A stretch of 64,000 nt of DNA from Auanema rhodensis (Eukaryota; Animalia; Nematoda). Shown piece by piece: positions 25,724-40,400 of this stretch. Each line of letters starts with the position of its first letter. Within the stretch, counting starts at the first letter, position 1. The notes beneath the pieces were generated by a model that ran no database searches, was not told where the DNA came from, and saw nothing but the letters and a program-made list of their open reading frames with translations. The stretch lies in assembly GCA_964057225.1 (NCBI GenBank), contig OZ059895.1:3100001-3164000 (forward strand), read 5' to 3'. The position numbers were made by a program, and so were the translations under genes.

Positions 25724-28700
25724 AACTTTGATTTTTGTACACCCATAAATTATACGCAGCACAGGTTACCCTTAAATAATGAACTGACCGACTAATCAGA
25801 CATGGATCTTTCCTAGTTCTGTTGCTTGAATGGATGTTTTCCTACGTAGGCTAGTAAAACATGCCCTTCAAAGCATCAGAACATGTGATCAAATTCCAAT
25901 TTTTTTGTATCTATCTTGTAAAGATAGTAATATATCATATGTTGAACACTATGTTGGAAAGATTTTAATTCAGATTTTCGAACTTTTATTCAGTTTGTTT
26001 TTTAAACTTTGATTAAGAACTTTGATTTTTGTACACCCATAAATTATACGCAGCACAGGTTACCCTTAATTAATGAACTGACCGACTAATCAGACATGGA
26101 TCTTTCCAAGTTCTGTTGCTTGAACGGATGTTTTCCTACGAAGGCTAGTAAAACATGCCCTTCAAAGCATCAGAACATGTGATCACATTCCAATATTTTT
26201 GTATCTATCTTGTAAAGATAGTAATATATCATATGTTGAACACTATGTTGGGAAGATTTTAATTCAGATTTTCTAACTTTTATTCAGTTTGTTTTTTAAA
26301 CTTTGATTAAGAACTTTGATTTTTGTACACCCATAAATTATACGCAGCACAGGTTACCCTTGAATAATGAACTGACCGACTAATCAGACATGGATCTTTC
26401 CTAGTTCTGTTGCTTGAATGGATGTTTTCCTACGTAGGCTAGTAAAACATGCCCTTCAAAGCATCAGAACATGTGATCACATTCCAATTTTTTTGTATCT
26501 ATCTTGTAAAGATAGTAATAAACTTTGATTTTTGTACACCCATAAATTATACGCAGCACAGGTTACCCTTAAATAATGAACTGACCGACTAATCAGACAT
26601 GGATCTCTCCAAGTTCTGTTGCTTGAACGGATGTTTTCCTACGTAGGCTAGTAAAACATGCCCTTCAAAGCATCAGAACATGTGATCACATTTCAATTTT
26701 TTTGTATCTATCTTGTAAAGATAGTAATATATCATATGTTGAACACTATGTTGGAAAGATTTTAATTCAGATTTTTTCAACTTTCACTCAGTTTGTTTTC
26801 TAAACTTTGATTAAGAACCTTGTTGTTTGTACACCCATAAAATATACGCAGCACAGGTTACCCTTAAATAATGAACTGACCGTTTAATCAGACATGGATC
26901 TTCCCAAGTTCTGTTGCTTGAATGGATGTTTTCCTACGTAGGCTAGTAAAACATGCCCTTCAAAGCATCAGAACATGTGATCACATTCCAATTTTTTTGT
27001 ATCTATCTTGTAAAGATAGTAATATATCATATGTTGAACACTATGTTGGAAAGATTTTAATTCGGTTTTTTTAATTTTTATTCAGTTTGTTTTTTAAACT
27101 TTTATTAAGAACTTTGATTTTTGTACACCCATAAATTATACGCAGCACAGGTTACCCTTAAATAAAGAACTGACCGACTAATCAGACATGGATCTTTCCA
27201 AGTTCTGTTGCTTGAATGGATGTTTTCCTACGTAGGCTAGTAAAACATGCCCTTCAAAGCATCAGAACATGTGATCAAATTCCAATTTTTTTGTATCTAT
27301 CTTGTAAAGATAGTAATATATCATATGTTGAACACTATGTTGGAAAGATTTTAATTCAGATTTTCTAACTTTTATTCAGTTTGTTTTTTAAACTTTGATT
27401 AAGAACTTTGATTTTTGTACACCCATAAATTATACGCAGCACAGGTTACCCTTAAATAATGAACTGACCGACTAATCAGACATGGATCTTTCCTAGTTCT
27501 GTTGCTTGAATGGATGTTTTCCTACGTAGGCTAGTAAAACATGCCCTTCAAAGCATCAGAACATGTGATCAAATTCCAATTTTTTTGTATCTATCTTGTA
27601 AAGATAGTAATATATCATATGTTGAACACTATGTTGGAAAGATTTTAATTCAGATTTTCAAACTTTTATTCAGTTTGTTTTTTAAACTTTGATTAAGAAC
27701 TTTGATTTTTGTACACCCATAAATTATACGCAGCACAGGTTACCCTTAATTAATGAACTGACCGACTAATCAGACATGGATCTTTCCAAGTTCTGTTGCT
27801 TGAACGGATGTTTTCCTACGAAGGCTAGTAAAACATGCCCTTCAAAGCATCAGAACATGTGATCACATTCCAATATTTTTGTATCTATCTTGTAAAGATA
27901 GTAATATATCATATGTTGAACACTATGTTGTAAAGATTTTAATTCAGATTTTCTAACTTTTATTCAGTTTGTTTTTTAAACTTTGATTAAGAACTTTGAT
28001 TTTTGTACACCCATAAATTATACGCAGCACAGGTTACCCTTAAATAATGAACTGACCGACTAATCAGACATGGATCTTTCCTAGTTCTGTTGCTTGAATG
28101 GATGTTTTCCTACGTAGGCTAGTAAAACATGCCCTTCAAAGCATCAGAACATGTGATCACATTCCAATTTTTTTGAAATCTATCTTGTAAAGATAGTAAT
28201 AAACTTTGATTTTTGTACACCCATAAATTATACGCAGCACAGGTTACCCTTAAATAATGAACTGACCGACTAATCAGACATGGATCTTTCCTAGTTCTGT
28301 TGCTTGAATGGATGTTTTCCTACGTAGGCTAGTAAAACATGCCCTTCAAAGCATCAGAACATGTGATCACATTCCAATTTTTTTGAAATCTATCTTGTAA
28401 AGATAGTAATAAACTTTGATTTTTGTACACCCATAAATTATACGCAGCACAGGTTACCCTTAAATAATGAACTGACCGACTAATCAGACATGGATCTTTC
28501 CTAGTTCTGTTGCTTGAATGGATGTTTTCCTACGTAGGCTAGTAAAACATGCCCTTCAAAGCATCAGAACATGTGATCACATTCCAATTTTTTTGTATCT
28601 TTCTTGTAAAGATAGTAATATATCATATGTTGAACACTATGTTGGAAAGATTTTAATTCAGATTTTCGAACTTTTATTCAGTTTGTTTTTTAAACTTTGA

Positions 28701-28999
28701 TTAAGAACTTTGATTTTTGTACACCCATAAATTATACGCAGCACAGGTTACCCTTAATTAATGAACTGACCGACTAATCAGACATGGATCTTTCCAAGTT
28801 CTGTTGCATGAACGGATGTTTTCCTACGTAGGCTAGTAAAACATGCCCTTCAAAGCATCAGAACATGTGATCACATTCCAATATTTTTGTATCTATCTTG
28901 TAAAGATAGTAATATATCATATGTTGAACACTATGTTGGAAAGATTTTAATTCAGATTTTCTAACTTTTATTCAGTTTGTTTTTTAAACTTTGATTAAG

Positions 29000-31900
29000 A
29001 ACTTTGATTTTTGTACACCCATAAATTATACGCAGCACAGGTTACCCTTAAATAATGAACTGACCGACTAATCAGACATGGATCTTTCCTAGTTCTGTTG
29101 CTTGAATGGATGTTTTCCTACGTAGGCTAGTAAAACATGCCCTTCAAAGCATCAGAACATGTGATCAAATTCCAATTTTTTTGTATCTATCTTGTAAAGA
29201 TAGTAATATATCATATGTTGAACACTATGTTGGAAAGATTTTAATTCAGATTTTCGAACTTTTATTCAGTTTGTTTTTTAAACTTTGATTAAGAACTTTG
29301 ATTTTTGTACACCCATAAATTATACGCAGCACAGGTTACCCTTAATTAATGAACTGACCGACTAATCAGACATGGATCTTTCCAAGTTCTGTTACTTGAA
29401 CGGATGTTTTCCTACGAAGGCTAGTAAAACATGCCCTTCAAAGCATCAGAACATGTGATCACATTCCAATATTTTTGTATCTATCTTGTAAAGATAGTAA
29501 TATATCATATGTTGAACACTATGTTGGAAAGATTTTAATTCAGATTTTCTAACTTTTATTCAGTTTGTTTTTTAAACTTTGATTAAGAACTTTGATTTTT
29601 GTACACCCATAAATTATACGCAGCACAGGTTACCCTTGAATAATGAACTGACCGACTAATCAGACATGGATCTTTCCTAGTTCTGTTGCTTGAATGGATG
29701 TTTTCCTACGTAGGCTAGTAAAACATGCCCTTCAAAGCATCAGAACATGTGATCACATTCCAATTTTTTTGTATCTATCTTGTAAAGATAGTAATAAACT
29801 TTGATTTTTGTACACCCATAAATTATACGCAGCACAGGTTACCCTTAAATAATGAACTGACCGACTAATCAGACATGGATCTCTCCAAGTTCTGTTGCTT
29901 GAACGGATGTTTTCCTACGTAGGCTAGTAAAACATGCCCTTCAAAGCATCAGAACATGTGATCACATTTCAATTTTTTTGTATCTATCTTGTAAAGATAG
30001 TAATATATCATATGTTGAACACTATGTTGGAAAGATTTTAATTCAGATTTTTTCAACTTTCACTCAGTTTGTTTTCTAAACTTTGATTAAGAACCTTGTT
30101 GTTTGTACACCCATAAAATATACGCAGCACAGGTTACCCTTAAATAATGAACTGACCGTTTAATCAGACATGGATCTTCCCAAGTTCTGTTGCTTGAATG
30201 GATGTTTTCCTACGTAGGCTAGTAAAACATGCCCTTCAAAGCATCAGAACATGTGATCACATTCCAATTTTTTTGTATCTATCTTGTAAAGATAGTAATA
30301 TATCATATGTTGAACACTATGTTGGAAAGATTTTAATTCGGTTTTTTTAATTTTTATTCAGTTTGTTTTTTAAACTTTGATTAAGAACTTTGATTTTTGT
30401 ACACCCATAAATTATACGCAGCACAGGTTACCCTTAAATAAAGAACTGACCGACTAATCAGACATGGATCTTTCCAAGTTCTGTTGCTTGAATGGATGTT
30501 TTCCTACGTAGGCTAGTAAAACATGCCCTTCAAAGCATCAGAACATGTGATCAAATTCCAATTTTTTTGTATCTATCTTGTAAAGATAGTAATATATCAT
30601 ATGTTGAACACTATGTTGGAAAGATTTTAATTCAGATTTTCTAACTTTTATTCAGTTTGTTTTTTAAACTTTGATTAAGAACTTTGATTTTTGTACACCC
30701 ATAAATTATACGCAGCACAGGTTACCCTTAAATAATGAACTGACCGACTAATCAGACATGGATCTTTCCTAGTTCTGTTGCTTGAATGGATGTTTTCCTA
30801 CGTAGGCTAGTAAAACATGCCCTTCAAAGCATCAGAACATGTGATCAAATTCCAATTTTTTTGTATCTATCTTGTAAAGATAGTAATATATCATATGTTG
30901 AACACTATGTTGGAAAGATTTTAATTCAGATTTTCGAACTTTTATTCAGTTTGTTTTTTAAACTTTGATTAAGAACTTTGATTTTTGTACACCCATAAAT
31001 TATACGCAGCACAGGTTACCCTTAATTAATGAACTGACCGACTAATCAGACATGGATCTTTCCAAGTTCTGTTGCTTGAACGGATGTTTTCCTACGAAGG
31101 CTAGTAAAACATGCCCTTCAAAGCATCAGAACATGTGATCACATTCCAATATTTTTGTATCTATCTTGTAAAGATAGTAATATATCATATGTTGAACACT
31201 ATGTTGGAAAGATTTTAATTCAGATTTTCTAACTTTTATTCAGTTTGTTTTTTAAACTTTGATTAAGAACTTTGATTTTTGTACACCCATAAATTATACG
31301 CAGCACAGGTTACCCTTGAATAATAAACTGACCGACTAATCAGACATGGATCTTTCCTAGTTCTGTTGCTTGAATGGATGTTTTCCTACGTAGGCTAGTA
31401 AAACATGCCCTTCAAAGCATCAGAACATGTGATCACATTCCAATTTTTTTGTATCTATCTTGTAAAGATAGTAATAAACTTTGATTTTTGTACACCCATA
31501 AATTATACGCAGCACAGGTTACCCTTAAATAATGAACTGACCGACTAATCAGACATGGATCTCTCCAAGTTCTGTTGCTTGAACGGATGTTTTCCTACAT
31601 AGGCTAGTAAAACATGCCCTTCAAAGCATCAGAACATGTGATCACATTTCAATTTTTTTGTATCTATCTTGTAAAGATAGTAATATATCATATGTTGAAC
31701 ACTATGTTGGAAAGATTTTAATTCAGATTTTTTCAACTTTCACTCAGTTTGTTTTCTAAACTTTGATTAAGAACCTTGTTGTTTGTACACCCATAAAATA
31801 TACGCAGCACAGGTTACCCTTAAATAATGAACTGACCGTTTAATCAGACATGGATCTTCCCAAGTTCTGTTGCTTGAATGGATGTTTTCCTACGTAGGCT

Positions 31901-34627
31901 AGTAAAACATGCCCTTCAAAGCATCAGAACATGTGATCACATTCCAATTTTTTTGTATCTATCTTGTAAAGATAGTAATATATCATATGTTGAACACTAT
32001 GTTGGAAAGATTTTAATTCGGTTTTTTTAATTTTTATTCAGTTTGTTTTTTAAACTTTGATTAAGAACTTTGATTTTTGTACACCCATAAATTATACGCA
32101 GCACAGGTTACCCTTAAATAAAGAACTGACCGACTAATCAGACATGGATCTTTCCAAGTTCTGTTGCTTGAATGGATGTTTTCCTACGTAGGCTAGTAAA
32201 ACATGCCCTTCAAAGCATCAGAACATGTGATCAAATTCCAATTTTTTTGTATCTATCTTGTAAAGATAGTAATATATCATATGTTGAACACTATGTTGGA
32301 AAGATTTTAATTCAGATTTTCTAACTTTTATTCAGTTTGTTTTTTAAACTTTGATTAAGAACTTTGATTTTTGTACACCCATAAATTATACGCAGCACAG
32401 GTTACCCTTAAATAATGAACTGACCGACTAATCAGACATGGATCTTTCCTAGTTCTGTTGCTTGAATGGATGTTTTCCTACGTAGGCTAGTAAAACATGC
32501 CCTTCAAAGCATCAGAACATGTGATCAAATTCCAATTTTTTTGTATCTATCTTGTAAAGATAGTAATATATCATATGTTGAACACTATGTTGGAAAGATT
32601 TTAATTCAGATTTTCGAACTTTTATTCAGTTTGTTTTTTAAACTTTGATTAAGAACTTTGATTTTTGTACACCCATAAATTATACGCAGCACAGGTTACC
32701 CTTAATTAATGAACTGACCGACTAATCAGACATGGATCTTTCCAAGTTCTGTTGCTTGAACGGATGTTTTCCTACGAAGGCTAGTAAAACATGCCCTTCA
32801 AAGCATCAGAACATGTGATCACATTCCAATATTTTTGTATCTATCTTGTAAAGATAGTAATATATCATATGTTGAACACTATGTTGGAAAGATTTTAATT
32901 CAGATTTTCTAACTTTTATTCAGTTTGTTTTTTAAACTTTGATTAAGAACTTTGATTTTTGTACACCCATAAATTATACGCAGCACAGGTTACCCTTGAA
33001 TAATAAACTGACCGACTAATCAGACATGGATCTTTCCTAGTTCTGTTGCTTGAATGGATGTTTTCCTACGTAGGCTAGTAAAACATGCCCTTCAAAGCAT
33101 CAGAACATGTGATCACATTCCAATTTTTTTGTATCTATCTTGTAAAGATAGTAATAAACTTTGATTTTTGTACACCCATAAATTATACGCAGCACAGGTT
33201 ACCCTTAAATAATGAACTGACCGACTAATCAGACATGGATCTCTCCAAGTTCTGTTGCTTGAACGGATGTTTTCCTACGTAGGCTAGTAAAACATGCCCT
33301 TCAAAGCATCAGAACATGTGATCACATTTCAATTTTTTTGTATCTATCTTGTAAAGATAGTAATATATCATATGTTGAACACTATGTTGGAAAGATTTTA
33401 ATTCAGATTTTTTCAACTTTCACTCAGTTTGTTTTCTAAACTTTGATTAAGAACCTTGTTGTTTGTACACCCATAAAATATACGCAGCACAGGTTACCCT
33501 TAAATAATGAACTGACCGTTTAATCAGACATGGATCTTCCCAAGTTCTGTTGCTTGAATGGATGTTTTCCTACGTAGGCTAGTAAAACATGCCCTTCAAA
33601 GCATCAGAACATGTGATCACATTCCAATTTTTTTGTATCTATCTTGTAAAGATAGTAATATATCATATGTTGAACACTATGTTGGAAAGATTTTAATTCG
33701 GTTTTTTTAATTTTTATTCAGTTTGTTTTTTAAACTTTGATTAAGAACTTTGATTTTTGTACACCCATAAATTATACGCAGCACAGGTTACCCTTAAATA
33801 AAGAACTGACCGACTAATCAGACATGGATCTTTCCAAGTTCTGTTGCTTGAATGGATGTTTTCCTACGTAGGCTAGTAAAACATGCCCTTCAAAGCATCA
33901 GAACATGTGATCAAATTCCAATTTTTTTGTATCTATCTTGTAAAGATAGTAATATATCATATGTTGAACACTATGTTGGAAAGATTTTAATTCAGATTTT
34001 CTAACTTTTATTCAGTTTGTTTTTTAAACTTTGATTAAGAACTTTGATTTTTGTACACCCATAAATTATACGCAGCACAGGTTACCCTTAAATAATGAAC
34101 TGACCGACTAATCAGACATGGATCTTTCCTAGTTCTGTTGCTTGAATGGATGTTTTCCTACGTAGGCTAGTAAAACATGCCCTTCAAAGCATCAGAACAT
34201 GTGATCAAATTCCAATTTTTTTGTATCTATCTTGTAAAGATAGTAATATATCATATGTTGAACACTATGTTGGAAAGATTTTAATTCAGATTTTCGAACT
34301 TTTATTCAGTTTGTTTTTTAAACTTTGATTAAGAACTTTGATTTTTGTACACCCATAAATTATACGCAGCACAGGTTACCCTTAATTAATGAACTGACCG
34401 ACTAATCAGACATGGATCTTTCCAAGTTCTGTTGCTTGAACGGATGTTTTCCTACGAAGGCTAGTAAAACATGCCCTTCAAAGCATCAGAACATGTGATC
34501 ACATTCCAATATTTTTGTATCTATCTTGTAAAGATAGTAATATATCATATGTTGAACACTATGTTGGAAAGATTTTAATTCAGATTTTCTAACTTTTATT
34601 CAGTTTGTTTTTTAAACTTTGATTAAG
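29000..34627 (+). repeat. 1680-bp 6-mer HOR (294+294+209+295+294+294), 3 full copies plus 2 monomers; another copy at 25724-27403
   Basis: ORF starts 29106, 30786, 32466 and 34146 are 1680 apart, as are 25830>27510. Confidence 0.95.
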
Positions 34628-36684
34628 AACTTTGATTTTTGTACACCCATAAATTATACGCAGCACAGGTTACACTTAAATAATGAACTGACCGACTAAT
34701 CAGACATGGATCTTTCCTAGTTCTGTTGCTTGAATGGATGTTTTCCTACGTAGGCTAGTAAAACATGCCCTTCAAAGCATCAGAACATGTGATCACATTC
34801 CAATTTTTTTGTATCTATCTTGTAAAGATAGTAATATATCATATGTTGAACACTATGTTGGAAAGATTTTCATTCAGATTTTTTAATTTTTATTCAGTTT
34901 GTTTTTTAAACTTTGATTAAGAACTTTGATTTTTTTTTACCCATAAATTATACGCAGCACAGGTTACCCTTAATTAATGAACTGACCGACTAATCAGACA
35001 TGGATCTTTCCAAGTTCTGTTGCTTGAACGGATGTTTTCCTACGAAGGCTAGTAAAACATGCCCTTCAAAGCATCAGAACATGTGATCACATTCCAATAT
35101 TTTTGTATCTATCTTGTAAAGATAGTAATATATCATATGTTGAACACTATGTTGTAAAGATTTTAATTCAGATTTTCTAACTTTTATTCAGTTTGTTTTT
35201 TAAACTTTGATTAAGAACTTTGATTTTTGTACACCCATAAATTATACGCAGCACAGGTTACCCTTAAATAATGAACTGACCGACTAATCAGACATGGATC
35301 TCTCCAAGTTCTGTTGCTTGAACGGATGTTTTCCTACGTAGGCTAGTAAAACATGCCCTTCAAAGCATCAGAACATGTGATCACATTTCAATTTTTTTGT
35401 ATCTATCTTGTAAAGATAGTAATATATCATATGTTGAACACTATGTTGGAAAGATTTTAATTCAGATTTTTTCAACTTTCACTCAGTTTGTTTTCTAAAC
35501 TTTGATTAAGAACCTTGTTGTTTGTACACCCATAAAATATACGCAGCACAGGTTACCCTTAAATAATGAACTGACCGTTTAATCAGACATGGATCTTCCC
35601 AAGTTCTGTTGCTTGAATGGATGTTTTCCTACGTAGGCTAGTAAAACATGCCCTTCAAAGCATCAGAACATGTGATCACATTCCAATTTTTTTGTATCTA
35701 TCTTGTAAAGATAGTAATATATCATATGTTGAACACTATGTTGGAAAGATTTTAATTCGGTTTTTTTAATTTTTATTCAGTTTGTTTTTTAAACTTTGAT
35801 TAAGAACTTTGATTTTTGTACACCCATAAATTATACGCAGCACAGGTTACCCTTAAATAATGAACTGACCGTTTAATCAGACATGGATCTTTCCAAGTTC
35901 TGTTGCTTGAATGGATGTTTTCCTACGTAGGCTAGTAAAACATGCCCTTCAAAGCATCAGAACATGTGATCAAATTCCAATTTTTTTGTATCTATCTTGT
36001 AAAGATAGTAATATATCATATGTTGAACACTATGTTGGAAAGATTTTAATTCGGTTTTTTTAATTTTTATTCAGTTTGTTTTTTAAACTTTGATTAAGAA
36101 CTTTGATTTTTGTACACCCATAAATTATACGCAGCACAGGTTACCCTTAAATAATGAACTGACCGTCTAATCAGACATGGATCTTCCCAAGTTCTGTTGC
36201 TTGAATGGATGTTTTCCTACGTAGGCTAGTAAAACATGCCCTTCAAAGCATCAGAACATGTGATCAAATTCCAATTTTTTTGTATCTATCTTGTAAAGAT
36301 AGTAATATATCATATGTTGAACACTATGTTGGAAAGATTTTCATTCAGATTTTTTAATTTTTATTCAGTTTGTTTTTTAAACTTTGATTAAGAACTTTGA
36401 TTTTTGTACACCCATAAATTATACGCAGCACAGGTTACCCTTAAATAATGAACTGACCGTCTAATCAGACATGGATCTTCCCAAGTTCTGTTGCTAATGG
36501 ATGTTTTCCTACGTAGGCTAGTAAAACATGCCCTTCAAAGCATCAGAACATGTGATCAAATTCCAATTTTTTTGTATCTATCTTGTAAAGATAGTAATAT
36601 ATCATATGTTGAACACTATGTTGGAAAGATTTTAATTCAGATTTTCTAACTTTTATTCAGTTTGTTTTTTAAACTTTGATTAAG

Positions 36685-36881
36685 AACTTTGATTTTTGTA
36701 CACCCATAAATTATACGCAGCACAGGTTACCCTTAAATAATGAACTGACCGACTAATCAGACATGGATCTTTCCTAGTTCTGTTGCTTGAGTAATATATC
36801 ATATGTTGAACACTATGTTGGAAAGATTTTAATTCAGATTTTCTAACTTTTATTCAGTTTGTTTTTTAAACTTTGATTAAG
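36685..36881 (+). repeat. Unique 197-bp monomer with a 97-bp internal deletion
   Basis: Junction TTGCTTGA|GTAATATATC at 36790/36791 removes monomer positions 107-203. Confidence 0.95.
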
Positions 36882-37469
36882 AACTTTGATTTTTGTACAC
36901 CCATAAATTATACGCAGCACAGGTTACCCTTAATTAATGAACTGACCGACTAATCAGACATGGATCTTTCCAAGTTCTGTTGCTTGAACGGATGTTTTCC
37001 TACGAAGGCTAGTAAAACATGCCCTTCAAAGCATCAGAACATGTGATCAAATTCCAATTTTTTTGTATCTATCTTGTAAAGATAGTAATATATCATATGT
37101 TGAACACTATGTTGGAAAGATTTTAATTCAGATTTTCTAACTTTTATTCAGTTTGTTTTTTAAACTTTGATTAAGAACTTTGATTTTTGTACACCCATAA
37201 ATTATACGCAGCACAGGTTACCCTTAAATAATGAACTGACCGACTAATCAGACATGGATCTTTCCTAGTTCTGTTGCTTGAATGGATGTTTTCCTACGTA
37301 GGCTAGTAAAACATGCCCTTCAAAGCATCAGAACATGTGATCAAATTCCAATTTTTTTGTATCTATCTTGTAAAGATAGTAATATATCATATGTTGAACA
37401 CTATGTTGGAAAGATTTTAATTCAGATTTTCTAACTTTTATTCAGTTTGTTTTTTAAACTTTGATTAAG

Positions 37470-40400
37470 AACTTTGATTTTTGTACACCCATAAATTATA
37501 CGCAGCACAGGTTACCCTTAAATAATGAACTGACCGACTAATCAGACATGGATCTTTCCTAGTTCTGTTGCTTGAATGGATGTTTTCCTACGTAGGCTAG
37601 TAAAACATGCCCTTCAAAGCATCAGAACATGTGATCAAATTCCAATTTTTTTGTATCTATCTTGTAAAGATAGTAATATATCATATGTTGAACACTATGT
37701 TGGAAAGATTTTAATTCAGATTTTCGAACTTTTATTCTGTTTGTTTTTTAAACTTTGATTAAGAACTTTGATTTTTGTACACCCATAAGTTATACGCAGC
37801 ACAGGTTACCCTTAATTAATGAACTGACCGACTAATCAGACATGGATCTTTCCAAGTTCTGTTGCTTGAACGGATGTTTTCCTACGAAGGCTAGTAAAAC
37901 ATGCCCTTCAAAGCATCAGAACATGTGATCAAATTCCAATTTTTTTGTATCTATCTTGTAAAGATAGTAATATATCATATGTTGAACACTATGTTGGAAA
38001 GATTTTCATTCAGATTTTTTAATTTTTATTCAGTTTGTTTTTTAAACTTTGATTAAGAACTTTGATTTTTGTACACCCATAAATTATACGCAGCACAGGT
38101 TACCCTTAAATAATGAACTGACCGACTAATCAGACATGGATCTTTCCTAGTTCTGTTGCTTGAATGGATGTTTTCCTACGTAGGCTAGTAAAACATGCCC
38201 TTCAAAGCATCAGAACATGTGATCAAATTCCAATTTTTTTGTATCTATCTTGTAAAGATAGTAATATATCATATGTTGAACACTATGTTGGAAAGATTTT
38301 CATTCAGATTTTTTAATTTTTATTCAGTTTGTTTTTTAAACTTTGATTAAGAACTTTGATTTTTGTACACCCATAAATTATACGCAGCACAGGTTACCCT
38401 TAAATAATGAACTGACCGACTAATCAGACATGGATCTTTCCAAGTTCTGTTGCTTGAACGGATGTTTTCCTACGAAGGCTAGTAAAACATGCCCTTCAAA
38501 GCATCAGAACATGTGATCAAATTCCAATTTTTTTGTATCTATCTTGTAAAGATAGTAATATATCATATGTTGAACACTATGTTGGAAAGATTTTAATTCA
38601 GATTTTCGAACTTTTATTCTGTTTGTTTTTTAAACTTTGATTAAGAACTTTGATTTTTGTACACCCATAAGTTATACGCAGCACAGGTTACCCTTAATTA
38701 ATGAACTGACCGACTAATCAGACATGGATCTTTCCAAGTTCTGTTGCTTGAACGGATGTTTTCCTACGAAGGCTAGTAAAACATGCCCTTCAAAGCATCA
38801 GAACATGTGATCAAATTCCAATTTTTTTGTATCTATCTTGTAAAGATAGTAATATATCATATGTTGAACACTATGTTGGAAAGATTTTAATTCAGATTTT
38901 CGAACTTTTATTCTGTTTGTTTTTTAAACTTTGATTAAGAACTTTGATTTTTGTACACCCATAAGTTATACGCAGCACAGGTTACCCTTAATTAATGAAC
39001 TGACCGACTAATCAGACATGGATCTTTCCTAGTTCTGTTGCTTGAATGGATGTTTTCCTACGTAGGCTAGTAAAACATGCCCTTCAAAGCATCAGAACAT
39101 GTGATCAAATTCCAATTTTTTTGTATCTATCTTGTAAAGATAGTAATATATCATATGTTGAACACTATGTTGGAAAGATTTTAATTCAGATTTTCGAACT
39201 TTTATTCTGTTTGTTTTTTAAACTTTGATTAAGAACTTTGATTTTTGTACACCCATAAGTTATACGCAGCACAGGTTACCCTTAATTAATGAACTGACCG
39301 ACTAATCAGACATGGATCTTTCCAAGTTCTGTTGCTTGAACGGATGTTTTCCTACGAAGGCTAGTAAAACATGCCCTTCAAAGCATCAGAACATGTGATC
39401 AAATTCCAATTTTTTTGTATCTATCTTGTAAAGATAGTAATATATCATATGTTGAACACTATGTTGGAAAGATTTTCATTCAGATTTTTTAATTTTTATT
39501 CAGTTTGTTTTTTAAACTTTGATTAAGAACTTTGATTTTTGTACACCCATAAATTATACGCAGCACAGGTTACCCTTAAATAATGAACTGACCGACTAAT
39601 CAGACATGGATCTTTCCTAGTTCTGTTGCTTGAATGGATGTTTTCCTACGTAGGCTAGTAAAACATGCCCTTCAAAGCATCAGAACATGTGATCAAATTC
39701 CAATTTTTTTGTATCTATCTTGTAAAGATAGTAATATATCATATGTTGAACACTATGTTGGAAAGATTTTCATTCAGATTTTTTAATTTTTATTCAGTTT
39801 GTTTTTTAAACTTTGATTAAGAACTTTGATTTTTGTACACCCATAAATTATACGCAGCACAGGTTACCCTTAATTAATGAACTGACCGACTAATCAGACA
39901 TGGATCTTCCCAAGTTCTGTTGCTTGAATGGATGTTTTCCTACGTAGGCTAGTAAAACATGCCCTTCAAAGCATCAGAACATGTGATCAAATTCCAATTT
40001 TTTTGTATCTATCTTGTAAAGATAGTAATATATCATATGTTGAACACTATGTTGGAAAGATTTTAATTCAGATTTTCGAACTTTTATTCTGTTTGTTTTT
40101 TAAACTTTGATTAAGAACTTTGATTTTTGTACACCCATAAGTTATACGCAGCACAGGTTACCCTTAATTAATGAACTGACCGACTAATCAGACATGGATC
40201 TTTCCAAGTTCTGTTGCTTGAACGGATGTTTTCCTACGAAGGCTAGTAAAACATGCCCTTCAAAGCATCAGAACATGTGATCAAATTCCAATTTTTTTGT
40301 ATCTATCTTGTAAAGATAGTAATATATCATATGTTGAACACTATGTTGGAAAGATTTTCATTCAGATTTTTTAATTTTTATTCAGTTTGTTTTTTAAACT

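Larger units (their letters stand above)
16905..36881 (+). repeat. Array domain II: 209+295-bp pair followed by a diverged AACCTTGTTGTT monomer
   Basis: The block TTTTTTCAACTTTCACTCAGTTTGTTTTCTAAA...AACCTTGTTGTTTGTACACCCATAAAATATA...CCGTTTA first appears at ~17155 and last at ~35580. 209-bp units start at 17788, 18586, 19678, 21357, 22155, 23834, 24632, 26312, 29588, 31268 and 32948. Confidence 0.92.
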
